Assembly: GCA_963710605.1 (NCBI GenBank)
Contig: CAVQBA010000004.1
Coordinates: 1,344,001-1,408,000 of the forward strand
Length of the DNA: 64,000 bases
Direction of reading: 5' to 3'
Source: an uncultured cyanobacterium
GTDB taxonomy: Bacteria; Cyanobacteriota; Cyanobacteriia; Cyanobacteriales; Cyanobacteriaceae
Part shown: positions 52,544 to 62,278 of the stretch, one piece after another
Numbering within the stretch: position 1 is the stretch's first letter
Layout of the letters: the number at the start of each line of letters is the position of its first letter
The notes under the pieces: generated by a model
Told to the model about the DNA's origin: nothing
Database searches by the model: none
The model's input: the letters and a program-made list of their open reading frames with translations, nothing else
Program-made: the position numbers and the translations under genes

Positions 52544-55519
52544 TTAATTACTAATATATTGACTAAATGACTGTTTAATGCTATCACCATTGGGCAACTT
52601 AATCATTGAAGCGATCGTTTGTAGTAATTCTTGTTCTTGAAAAGGTTTAGAAAAATAAGCCTCAGCACCTAAGTTAGCCGCCATTTTACGATGTTTTTCT
52701 CCACTTCTTGAAGTTAACATCATCACTGGTATTGTGGCTAAAAGAGGATGGTTTTTCACATTAGCTAAAAATCCAAATCCATCCAAACGAGGCATTTCTA
52801 CATCACAAATAACCGCTTGGATATTGATACCTGATTGTAGTTTTTCTAAAGCTTCTTGTCCATCTTTTGCTTCTTCGACTAAATAGTTATGTCTTTCTAA
52901 GGTTAAAGCTAAAAATCTTCTGACATTAATCGAATCATCAACAATCATAATTGTCTGTTGACGATAATCAGAGAAAATAAAATCTAATTTATTTTTTTCA
53001 ACACTATTATCCTTAATTAAAGTATTAGAAGTACTTTGGTGTGTCTCGATAGCATTAATTAATTGTAAGGTATCAATTAAAGGTACAATTCGACCATCAC
53101 CTAAAATTGTACATCCAGATAAACCTTTTGGTAGAGGAAGATAATTTGCCACTTGTCTAATCGTAACCTCTTGCTCGCTCCAATATCGATCGACTTTTAA
53201 GGCAATTAAATCATCACCTTTTTCAATCATTAACATTGTTGGTTGATTAATTAAAGCAACCGCATCAGTTTCTAACCGAGGTGTAAGATAATTAAATTGA
53301 AAATATTGCTCTAACTTTAGTAATCTAATCTGCTCATTTTCCCAATCAATAAAATCTTTTCCATCTTGAGTAATAATCGATTCTGTTTCTAGCAATTCAA
53401 CCTCAGAAACTAAACTACTAGGCACAGCCAATAACATTTGATTCACTTCAACTAATAAAACTTTAATTATCGATAAAGTAGATGGTACAGTGAGGGTAAA
53501 AGTTGTACCTATACCTAATTTTGTTTCTACTTTTACTTGACCATCCAATTCTTCTACGTTTGTTTTAACCACATCCATACCCACTCCTCTACCAGATAAA
53601 TCAGTAACTTGATTAGAAGTACTAAATCCCGGTTCAAAAATTAAATCTAGTAATTCTTTTTCGGTAAAGTGTTCTAAATCATTATCATCTAATCCCATGT
53701 TTTTAACTTTATTAATTATCTTATTTAAATCTATTCCTTTACCATCATCTGTTATCGTAATTACTGTCTGATTACCGAGATAATTTGCTCCTATTTCAAT
53801 CGTGCCTTCAATCGGTTTACCTTGCATTTTTCTGACCGTTGGTATCTCTATTCCGTGGTCAAATGCGTTTCTAAATAGATGTAATAAAGGATCATTTAAT
53901 TGATCAATTACTTTTTTTTCGACTAAAATATTACCACCTTTAATCTTAAAATTTATTTTTTTACCATATTCTATTTCCATCTGTCTTAATGCACGGGGAA
54001 ATTTTTGTAATAAGTCAGAAAAGGGACGCATAGTAACTTCAGTTATACTTTTGTACATCTTTGTACTTGTCCGTTTTAAGTTTCTTTGGATTTTTTCAGT
54101 ATCAGTTAAATAGATATTCAAATCATTTTTTAATTCCTGAATTTGGACAATATTTTCCATCATTTCACCTGCGAAAATATGGAGGTTATTGTATTTATCC
54201 ATTTCTAAGGAATCAAAAGAAGAGTCATCTACCGATAAGTTATTAGTTAGATATTTATTAGAGCTAATATTATTAGTTGAGTATTGTAAAGATGGTCGAG
54301 AAACTTGATCGTAAAGTGTTCTTAATTGAAAGTTATTTTTCTCAAGACTATTTAATTTATCACTTAAAATTATCATTGAGTTTCTCATGTTTTTAAGTTG
54401 TAAATCTAAGCCATTTTTTTCGATATTTAATTCACTAAATAATACTTCTAACTCTTCGATATTTTTTGCTGATACACGTATTTTTCGCTCTTGATTGACT
54501 ACTTTTATTGGTTGTTGACTAGTTACAACTTCAGTTTCATTATCAAAAATTTGATCAGTTTCTAGTAATGGTGTTGTCTCATCAATTATTTGTTGATTTA
54601 AATTAGTAAAATCATCTATCTCCGTTGTGATGGTAGATAATTCAACCTCTGGAGACATCGATATAGAGATATCGGGAATATCAATCGATTCTTCGCTTAA
54701 TAATGAATCGAAAGTAGGTACAGCTATATTTGATTTAGTTGATGGAGTCAGGATTAATTTTGTGGGTAATAGTTGTGTTTGTTTTGATAAGACTAATGCT
54801 TGCGATCGTCTTAATTGTTTTAAGGCAGATTGAATGATAAGCTCAGATGAATCGGGTTGTTGTTGTAGAGTTGATTCGATCGAATCACAAAGTTGAGCTA
54901 CCGCCGACAAATCAATCATTTGTGCTAAACCCGACAAATCAACTAAAAAATCACTCAATTGCTCACTTAAACTAGAATCTTTTTGCTCAGATAAATTTTC
55001 TAAGCGATTTAAATTTTCTTCAACTTCAGTCTCAAATAAAAATAAACTCATATCGGTTTCATCCATCTGAGTATTTTGAGCTAAAAGAGTCTCTTCGTCT
55101 TCAGGGTTAAAATCACCTAAATTTTGATGCAGATGTGATAAAATAGGCTCTATTCTAGCTTCAACTTTCGTTAAATCAACTGCTTGTTTTGGTTTTTGAC
55201 TATAATCATTAACTAACTGATTCAAACAATCAACACTACCTAAAAATAGACTTTCTGCTTGATCATTAACAGAAACTTTACCAATTTTGAGAATTTTAAA
55301 AAAGTCTTCTAATCGATGGGCATAGTGACTCAATTTTTGATATTCCATTAATGCCGCACCACCTTTAAGTGAATGTGCTGCCCTTAATATATTATCGATA
55401 TTTTTTGGTTGTAATGAGTCATGAGCAATACCCAATAATCCTGACTCCATAACTTCTAGGTAGCCTTGGGCTTCTTCTAAAAATTGCATCTGGATTGCTT
55501 GTTTTTTTGGGTCATTCAT
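52544..55519 (-). CDS. cheA: Hybrid CheA-like kinase (Hpt-HATPase-CheW-REC)
   Basis: AAHSLKG, RNAFDHG, DDGKG, GFST..SGRGVGMDVV, REC VDDS / CDVEMP / TSR / SKP. Confidence 0.93.
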   Translation of the reverse strand: MNDPKKQAIQMQFLEEAQGYLEVMESGLLGIAHDSLQPKNIDNILRAAHSLKGGAALMEYQKLSHYAHRLEDFFKILKIGKVSVNDQAESLFLGSVDCLNQLVNDYSQKPKQAVDLTKVEARIEPILSHLHQNLGDFNPEDEETLLAQNTQMDETDMSLFLFETEVEENLNRLENLSEQKDSSLSEQLSDFLVDLSGLAQMIDLSAVAQLCDSIESTLQQQPDSSELIIQSALKQLRRSQALVLSKQTQLLPTKLILTPSTKSNIAVPTFDSLLSEESIDIPDISISMSPEVELSTITTEIDDFTNLNQQIIDETTPLLETDQIFDNETEVVTSQQPIKVVNQERKIRVSAKNIEELEVLFSELNIEKNGLDLQLKNMRNSMIILSDKLNSLEKNNFQLRTLYDQVSRPSLQYSTNNISSNKYLTNNLSVDDSSFDSLEMDKYNNLHIFAGEMMENIVQIQELKNDLNIYLTDTEKIQRNLKRTSTKMYKSITEVTMRPFSDLLQKFPRALRQMEIEYGKKINFKIKGGNILVEKKVIDQLNDPLLHLFRNAFDHGIEIPTVRKMQGKPIEGTIEIGANYLGNQTVITITDDGKGIDLNKIINKVKNMGLDDNDLEHFTEKELLDLIFEPGFSTSNQVTDLSGRGVGMDVVKTNVEELDGQVKVETKLGIGTTFTLTVPSTLSIIKVLLVEVNQMLLAVPSSLVSEVELLETESIITQDGKDFIDWENEQIRLLKLEQYFQFNYLTPRLETDAVALINQPTMLMIEKGDDLIALKVDRYWSEQEVTIRQVANYLPLPKGLSGCTILGDGRIVPLIDTLQLINAIETHQSTSNTLIKDNSVEKNKLDFIFSDYRQQTIMIVDDSINVRRFLALTLERHNYLVEEAKDGQEALEKLQSGINIQAVICDVEMPRLDGFGFLANVKNHPLLATIPVMMLTSRSGEKHRKMAANLGAEAYFSKPFQEQELLQTIASMIKLPNGDSIKQSFSQYISN

Positions 55520-55653
55520 GACTATTTTTTGCTCCTTAATAAATTTTAAGATATTATTTCATATTATGTCATGGTTTATTTCAAGTTATATATAACTCGA
55601 TCGTCGATGACAATAATTAATTATCAATTTTCAACTGAAACAATTAAATCTTA

Positions 55654-56880
55654 ATGCTCAAAAGTGATTTATTAATTTATCGTTATAGTGGTAATACGAT
55701 CGTCCCTAAAAAGTTACCGTTATTAGCTATCAATATCGATTTAGCGATCGAAATAATTAATTGTTTTCATCAGCATATTGGTAAAACCCAAGCCCAATTA
55801 GATACAGCATTACAAGAAATAGAAGGGGATAGACCAGATTATAGACTACAAAGGGGACTTGTACACATATTAAGAAATAGTTTTTGCACTTTTGAGATTG
55901 TTAGCCCGATTTCTCCTTCATTATTAAGAGAAAAAGTTTTTGCCAGTGCGGCATCGATACCTAATGTACCTGAAAACAGAAATAAGACAATAGAAACGAT
56001 CGCTTTTGATTTAAGTAAGGAATTAGAAAAGGACGTTTTACCTCATCATATCTTACAAGGATTATACGCAGATTTACAAGAGAATAGAATTTTAACCGAA
56101 TTTGATGAGCCTACACCAGAAACATTGATTCATCGTTACAATCTATCTCAAGTGCAAGGATTATTTTATCGTGCTAGTCATCTTATCATCCATGCTCATC
56201 GTAATGACCCAGGAGAATATAAATTATTATTTCGTTATTTAAAATTATTTCAACTCATATCTTATATTGAAGGAGATGCTGATACTGGTTTTACGATTAC
56301 AATCGATGGTCCTACTAGTTTATTTAAAGCTAGTACTCGTTATGGTTTAGCATTAGCCAAGATGATTCCTGCATTGTTACACGTCAACAAATGGAAACTA
56401 GAAGCTCAACTTAAACTAAAAGATGCTTATAGTAAAAAAGAAAAATTGCTCTCATATCACCTTGATGATGGTTGTGGTTTAGTTAGTCATTATCAAAACG
56501 ATGCTACTTATGATAGTATGCTCGAACGATCGTTTGCTACCCGTTGGGAGAAACTAAAAACCGAATGGAAACTAGAAAGAGAAGTTGATTTAATTCCTTT
56601 ACCTGGTAGCGTTATGATTCCCGATTTTCGGTTAGTGCATCCAGATGGGCGTAGTTTTTTACTGGAAATAATTGGCTTTTGGCATCCTCAATATCTACAG
56701 AAAAAATTTTATCAGGTAAGCAAATCTGAAAATACTGATTTGATTTTAGCCGTGTCAGAAAGATTGAATTTAGAAAAAGCAGGGGTTAATTTTAACCAAT
56801 TACCGAATCATCTAATTTGGTTTAAAAACAAACTGTCTCCTAATGATGTGTTGAAAATTTTAGATAGTACAAATAATTAA
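55654..56880 (+). CDS. DUF790 family predicted restriction-fold nuclease
   Basis: RYNLSQVQG, IDGPTSLF..TRYG, YDSMLE, IPDF, LEIIGFW..YLQKK. Confidence 0.85.
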   Translation: MLKSDLLIYRYSGNTIVPKKLPLLAINIDLAIEIINCFHQHIGKTQAQLDTALQEIEGDRPDYRLQRGLVHILRNSFCTFEIVSPISPSLLREKVFASAASIPNVPENRNKTIETIAFDLSKELEKDVLPHHILQGLYADLQENRILTEFDEPTPETLIHRYNLSQVQGLFYRASHLIIHAHRNDPGEYKLLFRYLKLFQLISYIEGDADTGFTITIDGPTSLFKASTRYGLALAKMIPALLHVNKWKLEAQLKLKDAYSKKEKLLSYHLDDGCGLVSHYQNDATYDSMLERSFATRWEKLKTEWKLEREVDLIPLPGSVMIPDFRLVHPDGRSFLLEIIGFWHPQYLQKKFYQVSKSENTDLILAVSERLNLEKAGVNFNQLPNHLIWFKNKLSPNDVLKILDSTNN

Positions 56881-56940
56881 TCGCTTTAGGCATCAAATAG
56901 CAATTATTATTATTGTGATGTATAAACTAATTCTTATAAA

Positions 56941-56971
56941 TCCCCCTAAATCCCCCTTTGAAAGGGGGACT
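56941..56971. repeat. Short dispersed palindromic repeat
   Basis: TCCCCCTAAA-TCCCCCTTT-G-AAAGGGGGA. Confidence 0.7.
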
Positions 56972-57117
56972 TACAAATTGTAAATGTAACTCATAATGAT
57001 GGTAAATGCTATATATCTATCTAAATACTTTTAAGACGAAAACGATCGCTTTCTAATTTACTCTAGAATGTAAATGAACACAAAAGAACAAAATATATTT
57101 TCTTAAAAGTACAAAAA

Positions 57118-57360
57118 ATGTCTAAGACTGTAACTATTCGTTTAGACGAAGATAAATACGAACTATTTAAAAAATTTGCTCAGATGGATAACAGAGCAAT
57201 TTCTAATTTTATTGAAACAGCTACTTCTAGATACATTGAACAAATAGGCTATGTCGATGAATTTGAGATGGAGGAAATCAATGATAATCAAGAATTACAA
57301 GAATCATTAAAAAAAGGAAGTGAAGATGTAAAAAATAATAGGAGACGTTTGGTTGACTAA
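57118..57360 (+). CDS. Ribbon-helix-helix antitoxin
   Basis: KTVTIRLD...DNRAISNFIE with acidic C-terminus; overlaps the toxin start. Confidence 0.85.
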   Translation: MSKTVTIRLDEDKYELFKKFAQMDNRAISNFIETATSRYIEQIGYVDEFEMEEINDNQELQESLKKGSEDVKNNRRRLVD

Positions 57361-57631
57361 TTATCAGGTTTTTATTACTGAAGAATACGATAAGCAATTT
57401 AGTAAAATCAATAAAAACGATCGAATTTTAATTGAAAAGAAAATGACAGAATCTGTAATTGTGCAATTAAAATCTGAGCCATTTTTTGGAACTCAAATTA
57501 AAAAATTGAAAAATTACCAGCCTCCTACTTGGCGTTATCGTATTGATAAATACAGAGTTTTTTATACGATCGATAATGAAGCCAAAGAAGTTAATATCCT
57601 GACTATTTCTCATCGAAAAGATGCTTATTAA
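57353..57631 (+). CDS. RelE/ParE-family toxin
   Basis: IKKLK..WRYRIDKYRVFY..I.HRKDAY. Confidence 0.88.
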   Translation: MTNYQVFITEEYDKQFSKINKNDRILIEKKMTESVIVQLKSEPFFGTQIKKLKNYQPPTWRYRIDKYRVFYTIDNEAKEVNILTISHRKDAY

Positions 57632-57829
57632 ATTAGTAGAATACTATTCTTGATATTTAAGTTTTACTGTGCATAAACTTTATGATTAGTTTGATTAACC
57701 ACTCTGGGTATAAATTGACAAGACTCATAGGTATTGTTCGTATTTTTTCAACTAAAATCAAATAGTTTTTATGTATTATAATACGATCGAGAATAATTAC
57801 ATACTGATTCAAGTAAAAAGAAAATCTCA

Positions 57830-58662
57830 ATGAATCAACCACAAGATAAGCAACAAGAGTTAAAATTACAAGCTATTCTCAACGAAGCAAGTAACGCTGA
57901 GACATCACCAGAGCGTTTAATTGAAATTTATAATGATAATTCGCCATGTTATTACGAAAATCGAATAAAGTATTATGATAGTCGTAATGAAGCAATCGAT
58001 ATTAGAGAAGCATTAACCCTCAATCCAAATACTCCATTAGAAATATTAAAAATATTGGGAAGAGAATTTCCCAATAAGTTACTTAATAATCCTGTTTTAG
58101 ATTTATATTTTGTTAGTAATCCCGAACTTTTACCTGAGATATTACCTTATATTTTAGAATTGCCTCAATGTCTAAAAAAATATGTTTTTTATGCTTTAAA
58201 TAATTTGTTATATCGGCTAAAAGTAATTTGTCATCATCCCCAATTATGGAATCAATGGAGAGAAAAAAATCTTGAGCAAGAAATTGTGCTGAGTAGTCTT
58301 CCAAGATATTATCAAGATTGGGATGAGCCTTTATATTTACAAAACTATGATTTGACAGATATTAATCTTCAAGGTGTTTGCTTAACGTATGGTCATTTAA
58401 GAAACATTAATTTGAAAGGTGCGAATTTGACAGGAGCAAATCTTGAAGGAACAAAATTAGAAAATGTCAATTTAGAAGATGCTAACTTAACTGACACGAA
58501 TTTAAGATATGTAGTATTCTTAAAAGTGACATTAAATGATAATACTTTAATAGCGGACAAATGGCGATTAGTTTCAGAAATACAAAATAATTCTCAGACA
58601 CAAAAAGATTTAAGATGTATAGATTTAAGTGAAGCTAATTTATCAAAAGTTGATTTAAATGG
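57830..58662 (+). CDS. Leucine-rich-variant plus pentapeptide-repeat protein, truncated at the junction
   Basis: LNPNTPLEIL, LLNNP, WNQWR, A(N/D)L repeats; the last ~15 ORF residues (PRLDGPPSPP..) come from foreign DNA. Confidence 0.75.
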
Positions 58663-58760
58663 GCCTCGCCTAGATGGCCCTCCATCTCCGCCTCGAGCGC
58701 TTTTTCGATGACGTTCTTCAACATAGGGGCGAACGCGCCGCCCTTGCCGAAAAGGTTCTT
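58662..58760 (-). pseudogene. IS256-family transposase N-terminal fragment
   Basis: Minus strand reads KNLFGKGGAFAPMLKNVIEKALEAEMEGHLGE, the ALxxEMxxHLG pattern of IS256 transposases. Confidence 0.75.
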
Positions 58761-58797
58761 TGGACTTACAACAAAAAAGTGGACCAATAGTTAAAGG

Positions 58798-59715
58798 TCA
58801 CGCGGCTATTTTTTGATTAGACATTTCATTTTTAAATTCCTCTATTGTTTTATACCCCAAAGTAGAGTGTATTCTCCTTCTATTATACCATGTCTCTATC
58901 CATTGGAATATTGACAGTTCGGCCTGAGATCGATGGTCATAATCATGTTTATAGGTCCATTCTACCTTTAAGCTTTTGAAAAAAGATTCGGCCATGGCGT
59001 TGTCCCAGCAGTTTCCCTTCCGGCTCATACTTTGTTTGACCGCCCCGTGTTGTTCCAGGATGGCGGTGAACCGGTTGCCGGCATACTGGGACCCCCTGTC
59101 CGAATGGAATATAAGTTCTTCGGTAACGGTATTCGACATTATCGCCATTCTCCAAGCAGGTATAATGGTGTCCTCGCTGCTTAAGGTCTCGCCCATCGAC
59201 CAACCTATTACCTTTCTGTTGAACAGGTCGATGATCACCGTCAAATACATCCAACCTTCCTTTGTCCGTATATAGGTGATATCCGATACCCGTACACGGT
59301 TCTCGCTTGAGACCGTAAAATTACGTTCCAGTATATTGGGCGCGACGGGGTACTTATGATTACTATCGGTGGTGCTTATAAACCTGCGCTTTCTTCGGGC
59401 GAACAGGTTATCGGCGGCCATCAATCTGGCAACCCTGGGTCTTGACACTTCATATCCCCTTTTCAGCAGCTCGGCCCTTAGCCTTGGCGCCCCGTAGCTT
59501 TCGAAGCTTTCCCTGAATACTTCACGGATCTCGCGCGTGATCGCCTCGTTGGCCAACGACCTGCTTGACGGTCTTGCGGCCAGCCAATCATAGTATCCGC
59601 TTCTGCTTACCTTGAACATTTTGCACATCTTCCAGATAGGAAATCTAAATTTATGGTGCTTTATAAACCTATATTTTTCCCGTCTCTCTAGGAGAAGATG
59701 GCTATTGCCTTTTTT
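58798..59715 (-). CDS. IS3 OrfB DDE transposase, reached by -1 frameshift
   Basis: SDITY, HSDRG, GNCWDNAMAESFF; the -1 frame is open from the A6G site (..REKYRFIKHH..MCKMF). Confidence 0.9.
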   Translation of the reverse strand, partial: KKGNSHLLLERREKYRFIKHHKFRFPIWKMCKMFKVSRSGYYDWLAARPSSRSLANEAITREIREVFRESFESYGAPRLRAELLKRGYEVSRPRVARLMAADNLFARRKRRFISTTDSNHKYPVAPNILERNFTVSSENRVRVSDITYIRTKEGWMYLTVIIDLFNRKVIGWSMGETLSSEDTIIPAWRMAIMSNTVTEELIFHSDRGSQYAGNRFTAILEQHGAVKQSMSRKGNCWDNAMAESFFKSLKVEWTYKHDYDHRSQAELSIFQWIETWYNRRRIHSTLGYKTIEEFKNEMSNQKIAA

Positions 59716-59975
59716 AAAATATCCCTTTCCAGTTCTGCGACCCGAAGCTTTTTCCTTAGCTCTACGATTTCCCTCTGACTATCGGTCAACTTAGGGATTC
59801 CCTTCCCGGGAAAGCCGTTTTCGCCGTATTCCTTGGATTCCTTGCGCCAACGACCAAGTACCGAACGCGATATGTCCAGCTCTTGGCATACATCAACGAT
59901 ACTACCACGGGCATAGGTCAGTTCCACGGCCTTTTGCTTGAATTCGACGGAATAACTTCTTAATTCTCTTTTCAT
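59688..59975 (-). CDS. IS3 OrfA (HTH)
   Basis: YSVEFKQKAV, LGRWRK, ERDILKKA. Confidence 0.9.
   Translation of the reverse strand: MKRELRSYSVEFKQKAVELTYARGSIVDVCQELDISRSVLGRWRKESKEYGENGFPGKGIPKLTDSQREIVELRKKLRVAELERDILKKAIAIFS
59709..59715 (-). other. Programmed -1 frameshift slippery site A-AAA-AAG
   Basis: TTA AAA AAG near the end of orfA, the usual IS3 arrangement. Confidence 0.8.
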
Positions 59976-60193
59976 TTTACAAAATTAGTTCAAACAACCT
60001 AATGACTCTTAACTTAGTGTCCGCTCAAATGTAGTAACTCCAGTCGGGGTCCGGGAATTTTTCAGTAAAGTCGAATAGGGACATGCTCATGAATCTTTGC
60101 TCCATGTTCTTGATGTTTGTTTCTGCGAATTAACTACTTTTATTGATATTGGTTAACTGCCTTAGTCAATTATAAGATTAATCTTTATTTGAC

Positions 60194-61108
60194 ATGATAA
60201 CACATTTAAAACTTACTATCCGAATAGTTTTATTCGGTCTGTTCCTCGGAAATGCCATGGTGGCTCAAGCCCAGGTCGAACTAGCACTTTGGCCTGATGG
60301 CATCCCCAATAATCCTGTTAAATATAAAGAAGAGAAAATTCGCACCGAAGCCGTATTAAGTAGTTCCCTATCCGGAAAGAGCAATATTTTACGTCAAGTC
60401 TCTGAACCAACATATACCCTTTATAGACCTGAAAAGGGCACCGCAAACGGAGTCGCCATTGTCGTTTGCCCTGGTGGTGGTTTTGAAGAATTATGGATTG
60501 ATCGAGAGGGAACGGACTTCGCGATGTGGTTGACAACAAAAGGTTTCACAGCAATGGTATTAAAGTATAGAACCTACAATAGCAATGCCGAAGGATTTTC
60601 ACTTGAAAGGGACGTGTTCAATGGAGAAGTGTATGCCGATGCAAAACAGGCAATCAATATTTTAAGAATTAGGGCAGATGAATTGGGGATAGATAAAAAC
60701 AAAGTGGGAATCAGCGGTTTCTCCTCTGGCGGTGCTTTATCGCTTTTTGCCGCTTTGGAGGCTTTTGAGGATAATCTTCCATCGTATGCCAAATATCAGG
60801 AAAGTACGTTGCCAGATTTTGCCTGCTTCATCTATGGCTCCGTATGGGATGTATTTTTTGAAAAGATAGCATCCAACAAAGAAATCCCTCCAATGTTTTT
60901 GGTGAATGGGGGTGAAGATACCGGGACAACTCCTGATAGGTGTATCAAATTGTATAGTGCGTTGTTGGCGAAGAAAGTGCCAACTGAACTGCACATCTAC
61001 GCCACGGGGGAACACGGATTTGATTCGGGAATAGAAAGAGGAATCAGCGTTGCGACTTGGCGCGACAGTTTTGTGAATTGGTTAAAGGATATGAAAATAT
61101 TGGAGTAA
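60194..61108 (+). CDS. Exported alpha/beta hydrolase (carbohydrate esterase-like)
   Basis: Signal peptide, CPGGG oxyanion loop, GFSSG nucleophile, GGED, GEHGF. Confidence 0.88.
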   Translation: MITHLKLTIRIVLFGLFLGNAMVAQAQVELALWPDGIPNNPVKYKEEKIRTEAVLSSSLSGKSNILRQVSEPTYTLYRPEKGTANGVAIVVCPGGGFEELWIDREGTDFAMWLTTKGFTAMVLKYRTYNSNAEGFSLERDVFNGEVYADAKQAINILRIRADELGIDKNKVGISGFSSGGALSLFAALEAFEDNLPSYAKYQESTLPDFACFIYGSVWDVFFEKIASNKEIPPMFLVNGGEDTGTTPDRCIKLYSALLAKKVPTELHIYATGEHGFDSGIERGISVATWRDSFVNWLKDMKILE

Positions 61109-61218
61109 AAGACGTTCTCTGCCTTGACATTTGCCTGCTCCCATGCCAATGGTCAACGCTGAAAGTTTTTAAAACCTTAGGATCTGTCCTGAAATAAGGT
61201 GCCTGTTTATACTGGTCC

Positions 61219-62058
61219 TTATTCAAATACCGAATCTGAATCTTTTGTAGGGCCTTCAAATTTTCTTAAATAAACGAACATACCCTTGGATGCTTTTTCT
61301 TTTGCAAACGCTTCCCTAGTCATTTCTGGATTTATTTGGCTATAATGACATTTGATTGAACTAAAGGCCTTGTCTAGGTCTTGTTCGGTATAGGAAACTT
61401 TGGTTCTTAAATAGGTGCTAGCTTGCCCCCTGAGTATCTTGCTTTCAGCCTTGTCAATGTTTTCGGTAGGCGTACCGTAAAAAAATAGGGACATTTGCTT
61501 CTCCCAGTCTTTGCTTAAAAAAACCTGCGTAATGGATGCACCTACTAGCCTATGGTCCATGTGCGTAGAACCACCATCCGGACCCCATGTGATTAGAACG
61601 TCCGGCTGTACTTTTGTAACAATGTCATAAAGTTCTTTTATCATAGCCTGGGCGTGTGGCACATGCCCGTCATAGCCTTCACCTGATTTTAATTGGTCAT
61701 GATAGTTTAAGTGGGTCAGTTCTGCCCCCAATTTTTCTGCGGCGCATTTCATCTCTTCTTTCCTTGTGGCTACAAGGGTTTCCCCGGCTTCGTGATCATG
61801 ATAATCGTTCGTGCCCAACCTTCCATCGGTAACGATTACCAAATGTACTTTGGCACCTTCCCGAATATACTTGGCCAATATCGGAGACACCGTACTTTCA
61901 TCGTCTGGATGCGCAAATACACCTAAAATGACCTTACCTTCATAAGGTTTCTGACTGCGTACTTCGTTGGTTTGCAAAAGGATGATGACCGATAGGCTAT
62001 ATAGAATCATCGAGCCGATATCCTTTATAAAAGAACAGTTAAAAATTTTCATAGTCAT
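61219..62058 (-). CDS. PIG-L family N-deacetylase
   Basis: AHPDDE and HMDH motifs; signal-peptide-like N-terminus. Confidence 0.9.
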   Translation of the reverse strand: MTMKIFNCSFIKDIGSMILYSLSVIILLQTNEVRSQKPYEGKVILGVFAHPDDESTVSPILAKYIREGAKVHLVIVTDGRLGTNDYHDHEAGETLVATRKEEMKCAAEKLGAELTHLNYHDQLKSGEGYDGHVPHAQAMIKELYDIVTKVQPDVLITWGPDGGSTHMDHRLVGASITQVFLSKDWEKQMSLFFYGTPTENIDKAESKILRGQASTYLRTKVSYTEQDLDKAFSSIKCHYSQINPEMTREAFAKEKASKGMFVYLRKFEGPTKDSDSVFE

Positions 62059-62278
62059 TTGCGTTAAATTTGAAAAAGCTTTGATATAGAAATGAATGCA
62101 TTATGGTTTTCATCTAAAGATAGCAAATGACACTTCATTTCGATCAATAATTCACTGTAAACCTTTACAATGAGATTTTCTCATTTTATGGGCTAAACGA
62201 CATATGAACTCATGTAGTTTTCAATTTATCAGGTAGTCTTTGACTTGGTTCACAAATCGTATCATGCTCTTGATAGGT

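Larger units (their letters stand above)
1..58660. repeat. Dispersed HIP1-type palindromes (CGATCG core; GCGATCGC and variants with other flanks)
   Basis: CGATCG recurs throughout (e.g. ~516, ~850, ~9435, ~11029, ~13886, ~25358, ~41851, ~57784); none spotted after ~58,660. Confidence 0.9.
58761..60042 (-). mobile_element. IS3-family insertion sequence, 1282 bp
   Basis: TG..CA termini with imperfect IRs TGGAGTTACTACATTTGAGCGGAC / TGGACTTACAACAAAAAAGTGGAC; orfA and orfB; no target duplication visible. Confidence 0.92.
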
